Shown here: in pieces, positions 38,451 to 48,522 of the stretch
Layout: every line of letters begins with the position of its first letter
Position numbering within the stretch: position 1 is the stretch's first letter
Origin: an uncultured Pelagibacteraceae bacterium
Lineage (GTDB): Bacteria; Pseudomonadota; Alphaproteobacteria; Pelagibacterales; Pelagibacteraceae
Assembly (NCBI GenBank): GCA_902592545.1
Contig: CACJFA010000002.1
Location: 164 to 64,163 of the forward strand
Direction: 5' to 3'
DNA: 64,000 nucleotides
Notes under the pieces: generated by a model
Seen by the model: the letters and a program-made list of their open reading frames with translations, nothing else
What the model was told of the DNA's origin: nothing
Database searches by the model: none
Program-made: the position numbers and the translations under genes

Positions 38451-39032
38451 TTAAACAGATACCTGGGCTGCTTTATTTTGTTTTTCCTTTTCTTTTTTTT
38501 CTCTTTTTATTCTTCTTTCAGCTTTTTCAATAGCCTCGACTAAATCTTTTTGAGTGAATAAATTTAATGCAACTGGATCTTTTGGATTTAAATTATTATA
38601 GTTCCAATAACTTTTATTTCTAATTGATGTTACAGAGTTTTTAGTAATGCCAACTAACTTAGCTATTTGAGAATCTTTTAATATATTATGTTGTTTAATT
38701 AACCATAAAGCAGAGTCGGGTTTATCTTGCCTTTTTGATAGAGGAATATATTTCTTTATTTTTTTTTCGTTATTTGAAATTTCAATATCACTACTTTTAA
38801 TAATTAATGGTCTATTTTCGTCTTTTGATGATAGTTCAATTTCCTCTCTTGAAAGTTGACCAGATATAATCGGATTATATGCTTTAATACCCTTTGCTAC
38901 TTCACCATCTGCAATTCCTTGTATTTCAACTTCATGTAATTTACAAAAATCTGCGATTTGTTTGAAAGTTAATGTAGTGTTTTCTACTAACCATACGGCA
39001 GTTGCCATTGGCATTAAAGGTGCATTTGACAT
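38451..39032 (-). CDS. trcR: DUF1013 protein, cell-cycle transcriptional regulator TrcR
   Basis: PLMPMATAVWLVENTTLTFKQIADFC.LHEVEIQGIADG, YIPLSKRQDKPD, PKDPV. Confidence 0.85.
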   Translation of the reverse strand: MSNAPLMPMATAVWLVENTTLTFKQIADFCKLHEVEIQGIADGEVAKGIKAYNPIISGQLSREEIELSSKDENRPLIIKSSDIEISNNEKKIKKYIPLSKRQDKPDSALWLIKQHNILKDSQIAKLVGITKNSVTSIRNKSYWNYNNLNPKDPVALNLFTQKDLVEAIEKAERRIKREKKEKEKQNKAAQVSV

Positions 39033-39263
39033 TTAATTTTTCTTTTCTGATTTAAAATTTTGAAATTTTTTATTAAATTTACTAATTCTACCTTTATCCA
39101 TTAATTTTTGTTTTCCACCAGTCCAGGCCGCATGAGATTTAGGATCTATCTCTAATTTTAATATATCTCCTTCAGCACCCCAAGTTGATTTAGTTTCAAA
39201 CTGAGTACCATCAGTCATTTCAACCTTAATAGTGTGGTAGTTTGGATGTATGTCTTTTTTCAT
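39033..39263 (-). CDS. rpmE: 50S ribosomal protein L31 (Cys-free type)
   Basis: [40 protein letters not shown]. Confidence 0.94.
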   Translation of the reverse strand: MKKDIHPNYHTIKVEMTDGTQFETKSTWGAEGDILKLEIDPKSHAAWTGGKQKLMDKGRISKFNKKFQNFKSEKKN

Positions 39264-39270
39264 ATCGAGA

Positions 39271-39298
39271 CTTATAGCAAAAGAAACTTAGAACACAA
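39271..39298 (-). promoter_or_regulatory. Candidate promoter for (near-)leaderless rpmE transcript
   Basis: Minus strand TTGTGT-16nt-TATAAG with extended TG.; the -10 lies 7 nt before the ATG and there is no SD. Confidence 0.45.
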
Positions 39299-40039
39299 TT
39301 AAAAGTTCTTTAAATTATCAAGCATTTTATCGTTAATTGCTCCACTTGATGCTCGAATATCTATATTATTCTGATCGAATTTATCTAAATCATTAACTAT
39401 CCCGCCTGCCTCCTCTACCAGCAAGGCTCCTGCTGCCACATCCCAAATATTAATTTTATTATGAAAAAAACCATCCAATCTACCTGAAGCCACATAAGCC
39501 AAGTCTAAAGCTGCACATCCGCTATATCTCATATTTAAATTGCTAAATTTAACCCCCTCATGATTACTTGAAAATAAGCATTCATCTATTAAATTTTTAT
39601 TTGATACTCTTAATCTTTGATTGTTTAGATATGCTCCTTTGTTTTTTTCTGCATAAAACATTTCGTCTTTAATAGGATCATAAATTAAACCACTAATTAT
39701 CTCTTTTTTAGACTCGAGAGCTACACAAATTGCAAAGTGAGGAATGCCGTGTAGAAAATTTGTTGTACCATCTATTGGATCGATAATCCAAATATTATCT
39801 TTATCTTTGTTTTCAATTAAACCAATTTCTTCAGATAAAAAAGAATAATTTTTTTTAGTTTTAGAAAGTTCTTCAATTAGAATTTTTTCTACATGTTTGT
39901 CAGTTTTTGTTACAAAATCTCGGGGTCCTTTTTTAGATACTTGTAGTTTCTCAACTTCTCCAAAATCTCTTATTACAGACTTTGAGGCTTTTTCAGCTGC
40001 TTTAATCATTATATTTAAATTTGAGGATATGGAGATCAT
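39299..40039 (-). CDS. suhB: Inositol monophosphatase family protein SuhB
   Basis: RDFGEVE.LQVS.KGP.DFVT, WIIDPIDGTTNFLHG, GCAALDLAYVASGR, WDVAAG. Confidence 0.92.
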   Translation of the reverse strand: MISISSNLNIMIKAAEKASKSVIRDFGEVEKLQVSKKGPRDFVTKTDKHVEKILIEELSKTKKNYSFLSEEIGLIENKDKDNIWIIDPIDGTTNFLHGIPHFAICVALESKKEIISGLIYDPIKDEMFYAEKNKGAYLNNQRLRVSNKNLIDECLFSSNHEGVKFSNLNMRYSGCAALDLAYVASGRLDGFFHNKINIWDVAAGALLVEEAGGIVNDLDKFDQNNIDIRASSGAINDKMLDNLKNF

Positions 40040-40040
40040 T

Positions 40041-40601
40041 TTAGATTTTTTTAACGTATTCTAAATTTCTAGTATCAACTACAATTTCATCACCTGCTTC
40101 AATAAACGGAGGAACCTGAATATTTAAACCATTATCAAGAGTTGCTGGTTTATAGGATGATGACACAGTTTGTCCTTTAAGGGCTGCATCAGTAGTTTCA
40201 ATTTTACATTGAACTTGATTAGGTAATTCAATTGATAATGGGTTATCATTATAAAAACTTACAGAAACTTGCAGGTTTTCAGTTAAAAGTTTACCCTTAT
40301 CACCTACAATTTCTTTTTTTATTTCTATTTGTTCAAAAGTTTTTGGATCCATAAAAAAATAATTAGCTTCATCACTATAAAGATAATTAAAATTAGTTTC
40401 CTCCAATGCTGCTTTTTCTACAGTTTCACTTGATCTAAATCTTTCATTTAACTTTGTATTTTTGTTTAAGCTTTTCATTTCAACTTGAGCAAACGCACCA
40501 CCTTTTCCTGGTTTTACATGTTGAGTTTTCAAAACTTGCCATAAGTCATTTTTATATTCTAAGAGCATTCCAACTCTTATCTCTCCAGCATTAATTTTCA
40601 T
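40041..40601 (-). CDS. efp: Elongation factor P
   Basis: HVKPGKGGAF, ERFRS, KPATLDNG, VPPFI. Confidence 0.95.
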   Translation of the reverse strand: MKINAGEIRVGMLLEYKNDLWQVLKTQHVKPGKGGAFAQVEMKSLNKNTKLNERFRSSETVEKAALEETNFNYLYSDEANYFFMDPKTFEQIEIKKEIVGDKGKLLTENLQVSVSFYNDNPLSIELPNQVQCKIETTDAALKGQTVSSSYKPATLDNGLNIQVPPFIEAGDEIVVDTRNLEYVKKI

Positions 40602-41212
40602 TTTAATCTTTCTATAGCTTGTAACGGTTTATATCTTTTATTTTTCCAAATGTAGCCTGAGATAGCTAAAAAATTCGCATTATTCAATAATAGATTTTTA
40701 TAATTAACAGCATTAATTCCACCAATAGCTACTGTTGGTATTTTTGTAAGTTTTTTAACTTTATTTAAAATCTTTACAGAAGCTACAAACTTAGTTTTTT
40801 TAGTTTTAGATTGATTAAAAGCACCAAAGGCAATGTAATCAGCTTTAGCTTTAATTGCTTTTTTTGCTAAATCTATAGAATTATGACAAGTAATTCCTAT
40901 AATTTTTTTACCAAGTATTTTTTTTGCAGCCTCAATATTCATATCTTTTTGACCTAGATGACAACCATCAGCATCTAGTTTTAAAGCAAGTAAAGGGTCA
41001 TCATTAATTATAAATTTTACTTTATTTTTTTTACAAATATTTTTAATTTTTTCTCCAATTATTATTTTCTTATTCAGAGAATAACTTTTAAGTCTGAGCT
41101 GAAAAAAACTTACTTTTCCAGTTTTTAAAACCAATTTTAGATTGTTATAGAAAGAATTAGGTATTTTGTTGGGTGAAATAAGATAAATAAATTTTTTTTT
41201 ATTTATTTTCAA
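40598..41212 (-). CDS. thiE: Thiamine-phosphate synthase
   Basis: QLRLK, FIINDD, ADGCHLGQ.D, GITCHNS, DYIAFG, VAIGGI. Confidence 0.9.
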   Translation of the reverse strand: MKINKKKFIYLISPNKIPNSFYNNLKLVLKTGKVSFFQLRLKSYSLNKKIIIGEKIKNICKKNKVKFIINDDPLLALKLDADGCHLGQKDMNIEAAKKILGKKIIGITCHNSIDLAKKAIKAKADYIAFGAFNQSKTKKTKFVASVKILNKVKKLTKIPTVAIGGINAVNYKNLLLNNANFLAISGYIWKNKRYKPLQAIERLK

Positions 41213-42209
41213 TTTCGCTAGACCATTTTCCTTGAGCAGCTAAGGTACACATTTTAGCTCTATGATTAAAAGTATTTTGAGTTGCCTCTACATTTTTAAT
41301 ATCTTTAGACCAAACTTTCAAAGCACTTTGTTGAAGAGCTCTTCCATATGAATAGGTCATTATAAAATTAGTGTTGTTATTTTTATTTATTAAATTTAAA
41401 TTTTCTGTAGCCTCAATTTCAGATTGCCCTCCAGATAAAAAAGCTATCCCTGGAACTTCATTGGGTACAGAATTTTTAAGACATTCCAATGTTTTGATAG
41501 AAACTTCTTCATTAGAAATTTTATTTTCTGATAGGTTGCCAGACAAAATCATATTTGGTTTTAATATTATTCCTGAAAGATCAACTTTGTGTAAAATTAG
41601 TTCCTCAAAACACTTCTTAATTACCTCTGATGTTTTATTAAAACAATCTTCAGCAGAATGGTTTCCATCCATCAATACCTCAGGTTCTACTATTGGAACC
41701 ATTCCACTTTCTTGAACTAGTGCAGAGTACCTAGCAAGTGCATGAGCATTACTACTGATTGCAAGTTTGCTTGGATATTTTTCACTAATAGAATAGACGC
41801 CTCTCCATTTTGTAAATCTTGCTCCGATATCATAATATTTTTTTAATCGATCTCTAAGTCCATCTAATCCCTCTGTAATTTTTTCTTTAGGGGAATTTGC
41901 TAAATCTTTCGCACCAGTATCAACCTTAATTCCAGGAACTGCACCAAAACTAGATATTAAATCTGTTATTGATTTTCCTGTGCTTGAAATTTGATTTATG
42001 GTTTCATCGTAAAGAATAACACCACCAATACAATCTTTCATTCCATCTGATGAAAAAAGAATTTCTCTGAAGGCAAGTCTATTTTCTGGTGTTGATTTGA
42101 CATTTACTGCTTCAAGTCTTTTTGTCATAGTTCCATTGCTTTCATCAGCTGCAAGAATGCCTTTGCCATTGGAAATTATTTTAAGTGCAATTTTATTTAA
42201 TTCAGACAT
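41199..42209 (-). CDS. fba: Fructose-bisphosphate aldolase class I
   Basis: GKGILAADES, GIKVD, KWR, LARY, VPIVEPE, LKPNM, FLSGGQS, YGRALQ. Confidence 0.94.
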   Translation of the reverse strand: MSELNKIALKIISNGKGILAADESNGTMTKRLEAVNVKSTPENRLAFREILFSSDGMKDCIGGVILYDETINQISSTGKSITDLISSFGAVPGIKVDTGAKDLANSPKEKITEGLDGLRDRLKKYYDIGARFTKWRGVYSISEKYPSKLAISSNAHALARYSALVQESGMVPIVEPEVLMDGNHSAEDCFNKTSEVIKKCFEELILHKVDLSGIILKPNMILSGNLSENKISNEEVSIKTLECLKNSVPNEVPGIAFLSGGQSEIEATENLNLINKNNNTNFIMTYSYGRALQQSALKVWSKDIKNVEATQNTFNHRAKMCTLAAQGKWSSEIENK

Positions 42210-42210
42210 T

Positions 42211-43389
42211 TTAATTTAATGCGGTTATACCAGGAAGGTTTTTACCTTCAAGATATTCCAAAAAAGCTCCACCTGCAGTTGAAACAAAATTAAATTTATT
42301 AACTGCCTTTAAATTATTTAATAAAGAAACTGTATCTCCACCACCAGCAACTGAAAAAATTTTGTTTGCTTTATTATTTTCAATTATTTTTTTTGCTATT
42401 TGAATACTTCCATTAGCAAAATTTGAATTTTCAAAATATCCTGCGGGTCCATTCCAAAGTATAGTTTTACTGTTATCAATAATTTTTGTTATCTTATCTA
42501 TAGTTTTTGGACCAATATCTAATATCATTTCATCAAATAATATTTCGTTCAATTCTTTCTTTTGAGGAGATCCATTTAAATTATTAGATACAATCACATC
42601 TTCTGGGTAAATTATTTTACATTTTTCTTTTTTTGAAAGAGAGATAATTTCTTCGACTATTTTATGACAATTTTTTTCTTTAATAGATTTTCCAACATTA
42701 TTTCCGAAATATTCTATAAAATTATTAGCCATACCCCCAACAATTATAATATTATCAAATTTAAGAATTAAATTTTTAATAACATTAATCTTAGTTGAAA
42801 TTTTAGACCCCCCAATAATACAAGTAATTGGTCTGGAAATTTCGGAAGTTATTTTATTGAGTGCATTTACTTCTAAGTCTAGCTGTAATCCAGAAAACGA
42901 AGGTAAGAATTTAGGAATCTCACAAATAGAAGTATGCGCTCTATGTGAGCAAGAAAAAGCATCATTGACATACATATCTCCAAGATTTGATAGGAGTTCA
43001 GCAAACTTATTGTCATTTTGTTCTTCTTCTGAATAAAATCTAATATTTTCTAAAATAAAAATATCTTCATTGTGGTTATTGAAAAAATTTTTATTTTTTA
43101 TTTCTTTAATATTTTCATCAATAAGTCTTATTTTTTTTCCCAATTTATTTTGCAATTCTTCACAAATTGGTTTTAGGGAGAGCTCTTTAACAACTTTTCC
43201 TTTTGGTCTTCCAACATGAGATAAAATTATAATTTTAGCTTTTTCTTTAATCAAAAAATTTAATGTAGGAAGAATTTTATCGATTCTTGTTGTGTCTGTT
43301 ATCTTGTTTCTTTCCAAAGGGACATTCAAATCTAGTCTTAATAATATTTTTTTATTGTTTAGATTTTTTTCGTTTATAATGCTTCTCAT
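42211..43389 (-). CDS. pgk: Phosphoglycerate kinase
   Basis: RLDLNVP, SHVGRP, LENIRF, NDAFSCSHRAH, WNGP.G.FE, GGGDT, STAGGAFLEYLEG. Confidence 0.95.
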   Translation of the reverse strand: MRSIINEKNLNNKKILLRLDLNVPLERNKITDTTRIDKILPTLNFLIKEKAKIIILSHVGRPKGKVVKELSLKPICEELQNKLGKKIRLIDENIKEIKNKNFFNNHNEDIFILENIRFYSEEEQNDNKFAELLSNLGDMYVNDAFSCSHRAHTSICEIPKFLPSFSGLQLDLEVNALNKITSEISRPITCIIGGSKISTKINVIKNLILKFDNIIIVGGMANNFIEYFGNNVGKSIKEKNCHKIVEEIISLSKKEKCKIIYPEDVIVSNNLNGSPQKKELNEILFDEMILDIGPKTIDKITKIIDNSKTILWNGPAGYFENSNFANGSIQIAKKIIENNKANKIFSVAGGGDTVSLLNNLKAVNKFNFVSTAGGAFLEYLEGKNLPGITALN

Positions 43390-44396
43390 TAAGAGATTTT
43401 ATGTAAAGTTTCAGCGATATCACACATTCTATTAGAAAAGCCCCACTCATTATCATACCAGGCTGATATTTTACCCATATTACTTCCAACTACATTTGTT
43501 AAAGAAGCATCTACTATTGCAGAAGCAGGATGATGATTAAAATCTATAGATACTAATTTTTCATGAGTAACTTCTAAGATGTTTTTTAATTTATTTTTTG
43601 ATGATTGTTCAAAGGCATCATTAATTTTTTTTATGTTAATATCTTTTTTTGTACAAAAAACTAATTCAACAAGAGAAACATTAGGAGTGGGCACCCTCAT
43701 CGCAACTCCTTCTAGTTTACCTTTTAGGTTTGGTATTATTTCTCCTATTGCTTTCGAAGCTCCTGTTGAGGTAGGAACGATTGATTGACTTGCAGATCTC
43801 GCTCTTCTGGGATCTTTGTGAGAGTTATCTAAAATTCTCTGATCGCTAGTAAATGCATGAATTGTAGTCATAAAACCTTTTTCAATTTCAAAATTTTGAT
43901 CAAGAACACTGATTACTGGTGCTAGACAATTGGTTGTGCATGAAGCTGCAGATATTATTTTATCCTCTTTGGTAATTATATTTTCATTAACACCAAATAC
44001 TATTGTTTTATCAGCGTTTTTACATGGAGCAGAAACGATCACCTTTTTTGCACCATTTTTTATATGTGCAAGAAGTTTTTCTTTCGAGTTAAATTTTCCA
44101 GTGCATTCGAAAACATAATCAACATCATGTTTTTTCCAATTTATGTCTTCAATTTTTGTTTCTTGAGAAAATGTAATTTTATTTTTATTAATTATTAAAT
44201 GATTTGGATCATATTCTAAATCAGCATTTAATTTTCCATGTATAGAATCATATTTGATTAATTTAGATGTAGTTTCTGAATTTGACCTGTTGTTTATATG
44301 ATTAATTTTTAAATTTTTATTTTTACTTTCAACAATCGATCTAACAACCATACGACCAATCCGTCCCATTCCATTAATTCCGATTTTAATTGTCAT
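43389..44396 (-). CDS. gap: Glyceraldehyde-3-phosphate dehydrogenase type I
   Basis: GINGMGRIGR, ASCTTNCLAP, TTIHAFT.DQ, RVPT, WYDNEWGFS. Confidence 0.94.
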   Translation of the reverse strand: MTIKIGINGMGRIGRMVVRSIVESKNKNLKINHINNRSNSETTSKLIKYDSIHGKLNADLEYDPNHLIINKNKITFSQETKIEDINWKKHDVDYVFECTGKFNSKEKLLAHIKNGAKKVIVSAPCKNADKTIVFGVNENIITKEDKIISAASCTTNCLAPVISVLDQNFEIEKGFMTTIHAFTSDQRILDNSHKDPRRARSASQSIVPTSTGASKAIGEIIPNLKGKLEGVAMRVPTPNVSLVELVFCTKKDINIKKINDAFEQSSKNKLKNILEVTHEKLVSIDFNHHPASAIVDASLTNVVGSNMGKISAWYDNEWGFSNRMCDIAETLHKIS

Positions 44397-44397
44397 T

Positions 44398-46356
44398 TTA
44401 TTTATTTAATAATTTTTTAGTGATACTTTTAATGTTTGTACTCTCTAGTCCAAAATATCTATAAATATCTTTATAGGGTGCACTTTTTCCGAATTCATCA
44501 ATTCCAAAAGCAATACCGTTATCACCTACATATTTTTTCCAACAATCGCTTGATCCAGCTTCAATGGATATTTTAAATTTTGTTTCCTCTAAAATTTTAT
44601 TTTTATAAGATTTTGATTGTAATTCAAAAAGTTCCATGCAAGGCATTGATATCACTTTGGAATATATTTTATCTTTGGCTAATTTATGGCTAACCTCTAA
44701 CGCTAGATTAACTTCAGATCCACTAGCTAATATTGTTAGATTAATTTTTTTATTTGTTCTTAAAACTTCATAAGCACCTAATGAGCATAAGTTTTTATTT
44801 GGGTATATTTTTCTTACTGGATTTAAGTTTTGTCTTGTTAAAGATAGTACGCTAGGTGTTTTTGAGCTTTTTAATGCATGTTCCCAACACTCGATAGTTT
44901 CAATTCTGTCTGCAGGTCTGAATACATTTAGGTTAGGTATAGCACGTAAGCCCGAAAGCTGTTCTATAGGTTGATGGGTAGGGCCATCTTCTCCTAGCCC
45001 AATAGAGTCATGAGTCATTACATAAATGACTCTTTTTTTCATTAAGGCAGACAATCTGATCGAAGGTTTGCAATAATCAGAAAATATTAAAAAAGTACCT
45101 CCATAAGGAATTAGATTACTGTGAAGTGCGATACCATTCATAACCCCACTCATTGCGTGTTCTCTCACTCCGTAGTGAATGTAGTCACCAGCAAAATCTC
45201 CAGGTTTAATTATTTTATGGTTTTTAGTTTTTGTATTATTTGATCCCGCTAAATCTGCAGAGCCACCAATCAAATTATTTTTTTGTTTTGTTAGTGCGTT
45301 CAATGTCATTTCTGAACATTTTCTAGTAGCTAAACTTTTTGGCTCCTTTATTGCATTCTCTTTTTCTTTCTTAAGCACTGTAGTAAAGTTATTTTTTAAA
45401 GTTTGATTAAATTTTATTTTTTTTCTTTTTAATACTTTGTTCCATTTTTTTTCTAAAATTTCACCTCTTTGGCCAATTTTTCTCCATTCATTTAAAATTT
45501 TATTTGGGATACCAAAAGGTTTGGTTTTCCAATTTAAGGCTTTTCTTACAAGCTTGATTTCATCTACTCCCAATGGACTTCCATGGGATGATGCTTTTCC
45601 TGATTTATTCGGTGAACCATATCCAATCTTAGTTTTACAAGAAATCACAGTAGGTTTTTTAGCTTTTTGAACTTTTTTTAGTACTTTAAAAATTTCTTTT
45701 TCATTATGACCGTTGATAGAAATATAATCCCAACCATATCCTTCAAATCTTTTTTTAAAATTATCTGAAACTGCGAGATTTGTTGGACCATCAATTGAAA
45801 TTGAATTGTTATCAAATAGCATAACTAAATTTTTAAGTTTTAAATGTCCCGCTAAACTCATCGCTTCATGACTTATTCCTTCCATTAAGCATCCATCTCC
45901 AGCTAAAACATAAGTTTTGTGATTAATTAAATCTTTACCTAATTTATTTTTTAAAATTTCTTCAGCTATTGCAAAACCAACTGCATTAGATATACCTTGT
46001 CCAAGAGGACCTGTTGTAGTTTCAATACCTGTTTTCGGATGATATTCAGGATGTCCAGCACAAATAGAATTAAGCTGCCTAAATTTTTTAATATTATTAA
46101 TTGATATGCTTTTATATCCAGTTAGGTAAAGCAAAGAATATAAAAGCATAGAACCATGACCAGCAGACAAAATAAATCTATCTCTATTTAACCAATCTGG
46201 ATTCTTTGGATTAAATCTTAAAAAATTTTTGAACAACACTGTTGCAACATCTGCCATACCCATTGGCATTCCTGGGTGACCTGAATTTGCTTTTTGAACG
46301 GCATCAATTGATAAAAATCTGATGCAATTAGCTAAATCATTGTGTAGTTTGCTCAA
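44398..46356 (-). CDS. tkt: Transketolase
   Basis: SGHPG.PMG, RDRFILSAGHGS, TTGPLGQG, GDGCLMEG, GVREHAM, THDSIGLGEDGPTHQP; TTG start. Confidence 0.96.
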   Translation of the reverse strand: MSKLHNDLANCIRFLSIDAVQKANSGHPGMPMGMADVATVLFKNFLRFNPKNPDWLNRDRFILSAGHGSMLLYSLLYLTGYKSISINNIKKFRQLNSICAGHPEYHPKTGIETTTGPLGQGISNAVGFAIAEEILKNKLGKDLINHKTYVLAGDGCLMEGISHEAMSLAGHLKLKNLVMLFDNNSISIDGPTNLAVSDNFKKRFEGYGWDYISINGHNEKEIFKVLKKVQKAKKPTVISCKTKIGYGSPNKSGKASSHGSPLGVDEIKLVRKALNWKTKPFGIPNKILNEWRKIGQRGEILEKKWNKVLKRKKIKFNQTLKNNFTTVLKKEKENAIKEPKSLATRKCSEMTLNALTKQKNNLIGGSADLAGSNNTKTKNHKIIKPGDFAGDYIHYGVREHAMSGVMNGIALHSNLIPYGGTFLIFSDYCKPSIRLSALMKKRVIYVMTHDSIGLGEDGPTHQPIEQLSGLRAIPNLNVFRPADRIETIECWEHALKSSKTPSVLSLTRQNLNPVRKIYPNKNLCSLGAYEVLRTNKKINLTILASGSEVNLALEVSHKLAKDKIYSKVISMPCMELFELQSKSYKNKILEETKFKISIEAGSSDCWKKYVGDNGIAFGIDEFGKSAPYKDIYRYFGLESTNIKSITKKLLNK

Positions 46357-46409
46357 AATTATCCTGACTAGACTAAGAAGAATCTATTTAATAATATAAA
46401 CATATATAT

Positions 46410-46733
46410 ATGAATTCTATAAACGAAAAAGAAAAAAAATTAAATATTGCATTAGAGGAATTAAAAAATTTAGATCTAACAAATCCTGAATTACAAAAAA
46501 ATATCGAAAATTTAAGCACAAAACAAAATCAATTAGAAATTGAAAAAACACAGATTGAGGAAAAATATAAAACGTTACTCGAGGAACATGAAAATTTATC
46601 AAAAAAACTTGAGGATTTAAAAAATAAAGAAAAGTTGGAAGAAAGAAAACAAATTGAATTTTCTGAAAAAATTGACGAACTTAATCAAGAAACTGACACA
46701 CTATTGGATGAAATAGATAAATGGCAAATGTAA
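46410..46733 (+). CDS. Coiled-coil protein upstream of zapA (ZapB/ZauP-like position)
   Basis: Heptad E/K/L-rich sequence over its full length; overlaps the zapA start. Confidence 0.55.
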   Translation: MNSINEKEKKLNIALEELKNLDLTNPELQKNIENLSTKQNQLEIEKTQIEEKYKTLLEEHENLSKKLEDLKNKEKLEERKQIEFSEKIDELNQETDTLLDEIDKWQM

Positions 46734-47167
46734 GTATAAAATTTAACAATAAAGAGTTTTTGCTCGCTTGCGAAGATGGACAAGAGGAGCACTTAGAAGA
46801 ATTGTTAATTCAGATTAACAAAAAGTTTAATAATTTAAAAAATGATTTGGGAAATCTAGGTGAAAATAAATTATTATTAATTACAGCTGTAAAAATAATG
46901 GATGAATATTACGAAACTAAGAAAAAAGTAGATCAAAAAAAAGAAGAATTAAATGATCTATCAAAAAAATTTAAAGAACTAAAATCTCTAATTTACGATT
47001 ATAGGGACACAAAAGAATCTGAAATTGAAAAACTAAATCTTGATCATGAAAATTTAAAACAAGAAATTGACGATAATCAAAAAAAATACGAAAATTTAAT
47101 TGATGAAGCTGCTGATCAAATATCAAATTTTGTAAAAAAAGCAAAATTAGAAAACATTTCAAAGTAG
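46721..47167 (+). CDS. zapA: Cell division protein ZapA with C-terminal coiled-coil extension
   Basis: MANVSIKFN.KEF.LACEDGQEEHL, GNLGENKLLLITA..IMDE. Confidence 0.85.
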   Translation: MANVSIKFNNKEFLLACEDGQEEHLEELLIQINKKFNNLKNDLGNLGENKLLLITAVKIMDEYYETKKKVDQKKEELNDLSKKFKELKSLIYDYRDTKESEIEKLNLDHENLKQEIDDNQKKYENLIDEAADQISNFVKKAKLENISK

Positions 47168-47171
47168 GTCT

Positions 47172-47717
47172 GTGAGTAAATCTAAGCTAAGAAGGAAAAT
47201 TTTAAATCTTAGAAAAAAAAATTCGAATAAAAAACTTAGCCTTAATCCTGACAGAATTTATCAATTTTTAAAAAAAAATAAAATTAATTTCAAAAATGTA
47301 GGAGGGTATTACCCTTGTAATCATGAGATTGATGATTTGGATATGCTTTATTTTTTAAAAAACAAAAAGGCAAATATTTCTTTACCAATAATTAGAGAAA
47401 ATAACCAAATGGATTTTTTTGAATGGACAAATAAAGATCCTTTAAAAATTAATAAGTATGGAATTGCTGAGCCAACTTTAGGAAAGAAAATTTACCCAGA
47501 TATAATATTTGTTCCTTTAGTAGCTTATGATGATGATTTGAATAGATTAGGCTATGGTGGAGGATTTTATGATCGTTATTTAGAAAAGGTATCTAAAATT
47601 AAAAAAATATTTAAAATTGGATTAGGTTTTTCATACCAGGAGATAAAAAAAATACCTATCAACAAGTATGATAAGAAACTTGATTTAATAATAACTGAGA
47701 AAAAAATTATACAATGA
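47172..47717 (+). CDS. ygfA: 5-formyltetrahydrofolate cyclo-ligase
   Basis: K..LR, GIAEP, PDIIFVPLVAYD..NRLGYGGGFYDR, IITE. Confidence 0.92.
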   Translation: MSKSKLRRKILNLRKKNSNKKLSLNPDRIYQFLKKNKINFKNVGGYYPCNHEIDDLDMLYFLKNKKANISLPIIRENNQMDFFEWTNKDPLKINKYGIAEPTLGKKIYPDIIFVPLVAYDDDLNRLGYGGGFYDRYLEKVSKIKKIFKIGLGFSYQEIKKIPINKYDKKLDLIITEKKIIQ

Positions 47718-48517
47718 GAATTTTATTTTTAGGAGATGTTGTTGGAATTTCAGGATGTTCTAAATTAAAAAGTAATTTATTAAATGAAATTGATAAAAAC
47801 AAAATCGATTTTGTAATAGTAAACGGTGAAAATGCAGCAGTTCAAGGTGTGGGGCTAACTAAAGAAATATGTAAGGATTTTTTTAATTGTGGAGTTGATG
47901 TTATCACAACCGGCAATCATGTTTGGGATCAAAAAGAAATTATGGAATTTATTGATAAAGAAGAAAGATTATTAAGACCTAAAAATTTATTTGAACCTGC
48001 ACCAGGAAAAGGTTTTCAGATTTATAAAACAAAGAATGATATAAAAATTGGAGTTCTTAATTTGATGGGCAACGTTTTTATGAAAAAGTGTGAAGATGTT
48101 TTTGAAGCTTCTCAAAAATTTTTAAAAGAAAATGAAATGAAAAAGGATTTTGATTTACTTGTAGTTGATTTCCATGGTGAAATTACTAGCGAAAAAAATG
48201 CTATAGGACATCTATTTGATGGAAAGGCAACTCTTGTGGTTGGAACCCATACTCATATTCCAACAAATGATGCCAGAATACTTAATAATGGCACTGGATA
48301 TCAAACCGATGCAGGTATGTGTGGGGATTATGATTCAGTGATTGGAATGAATAAAGAAAATTCCTTGAATAGATTTTTAAAAAAGAATTCAGTGAAACAC
48401 TTTCCCGCTACTGGAGATGCTACTTTGTGTGGTGTTATAGTAGATTGTGATATAAAAACAGGTTTAGCAATAGACATCAAAAGCTATGTATACGGAGATC
48501 AACTAAAAAATATTTAA
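47714..48517 (+). CDS. YmdB/TIGR00282 metallophosphoesterase
   Basis: LFLGDVVG, VNGENAA, ITTGNHVWD, VDFHGE.TSEK, GTHTHIPT, TDAGMCG. Confidence 0.9.
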   Translation: MRILFLGDVVGISGCSKLKSNLLNEIDKNKIDFVIVNGENAAVQGVGLTKEICKDFFNCGVDVITTGNHVWDQKEIMEFIDKEERLLRPKNLFEPAPGKGFQIYKTKNDIKIGVLNLMGNVFMKKCEDVFEASQKFLKENEMKKDFDLLVVDFHGEITSEKNAIGHLFDGKATLVVGTHTHIPTNDARILNNGTGYQTDAGMCGDYDSVIGMNKENSLNRFLKKNSVKHFPATGDATLCGVIVDCDIKTGLAIDIKSYVYGDQLKNI

Positions 48518-48522
48518 AGATC

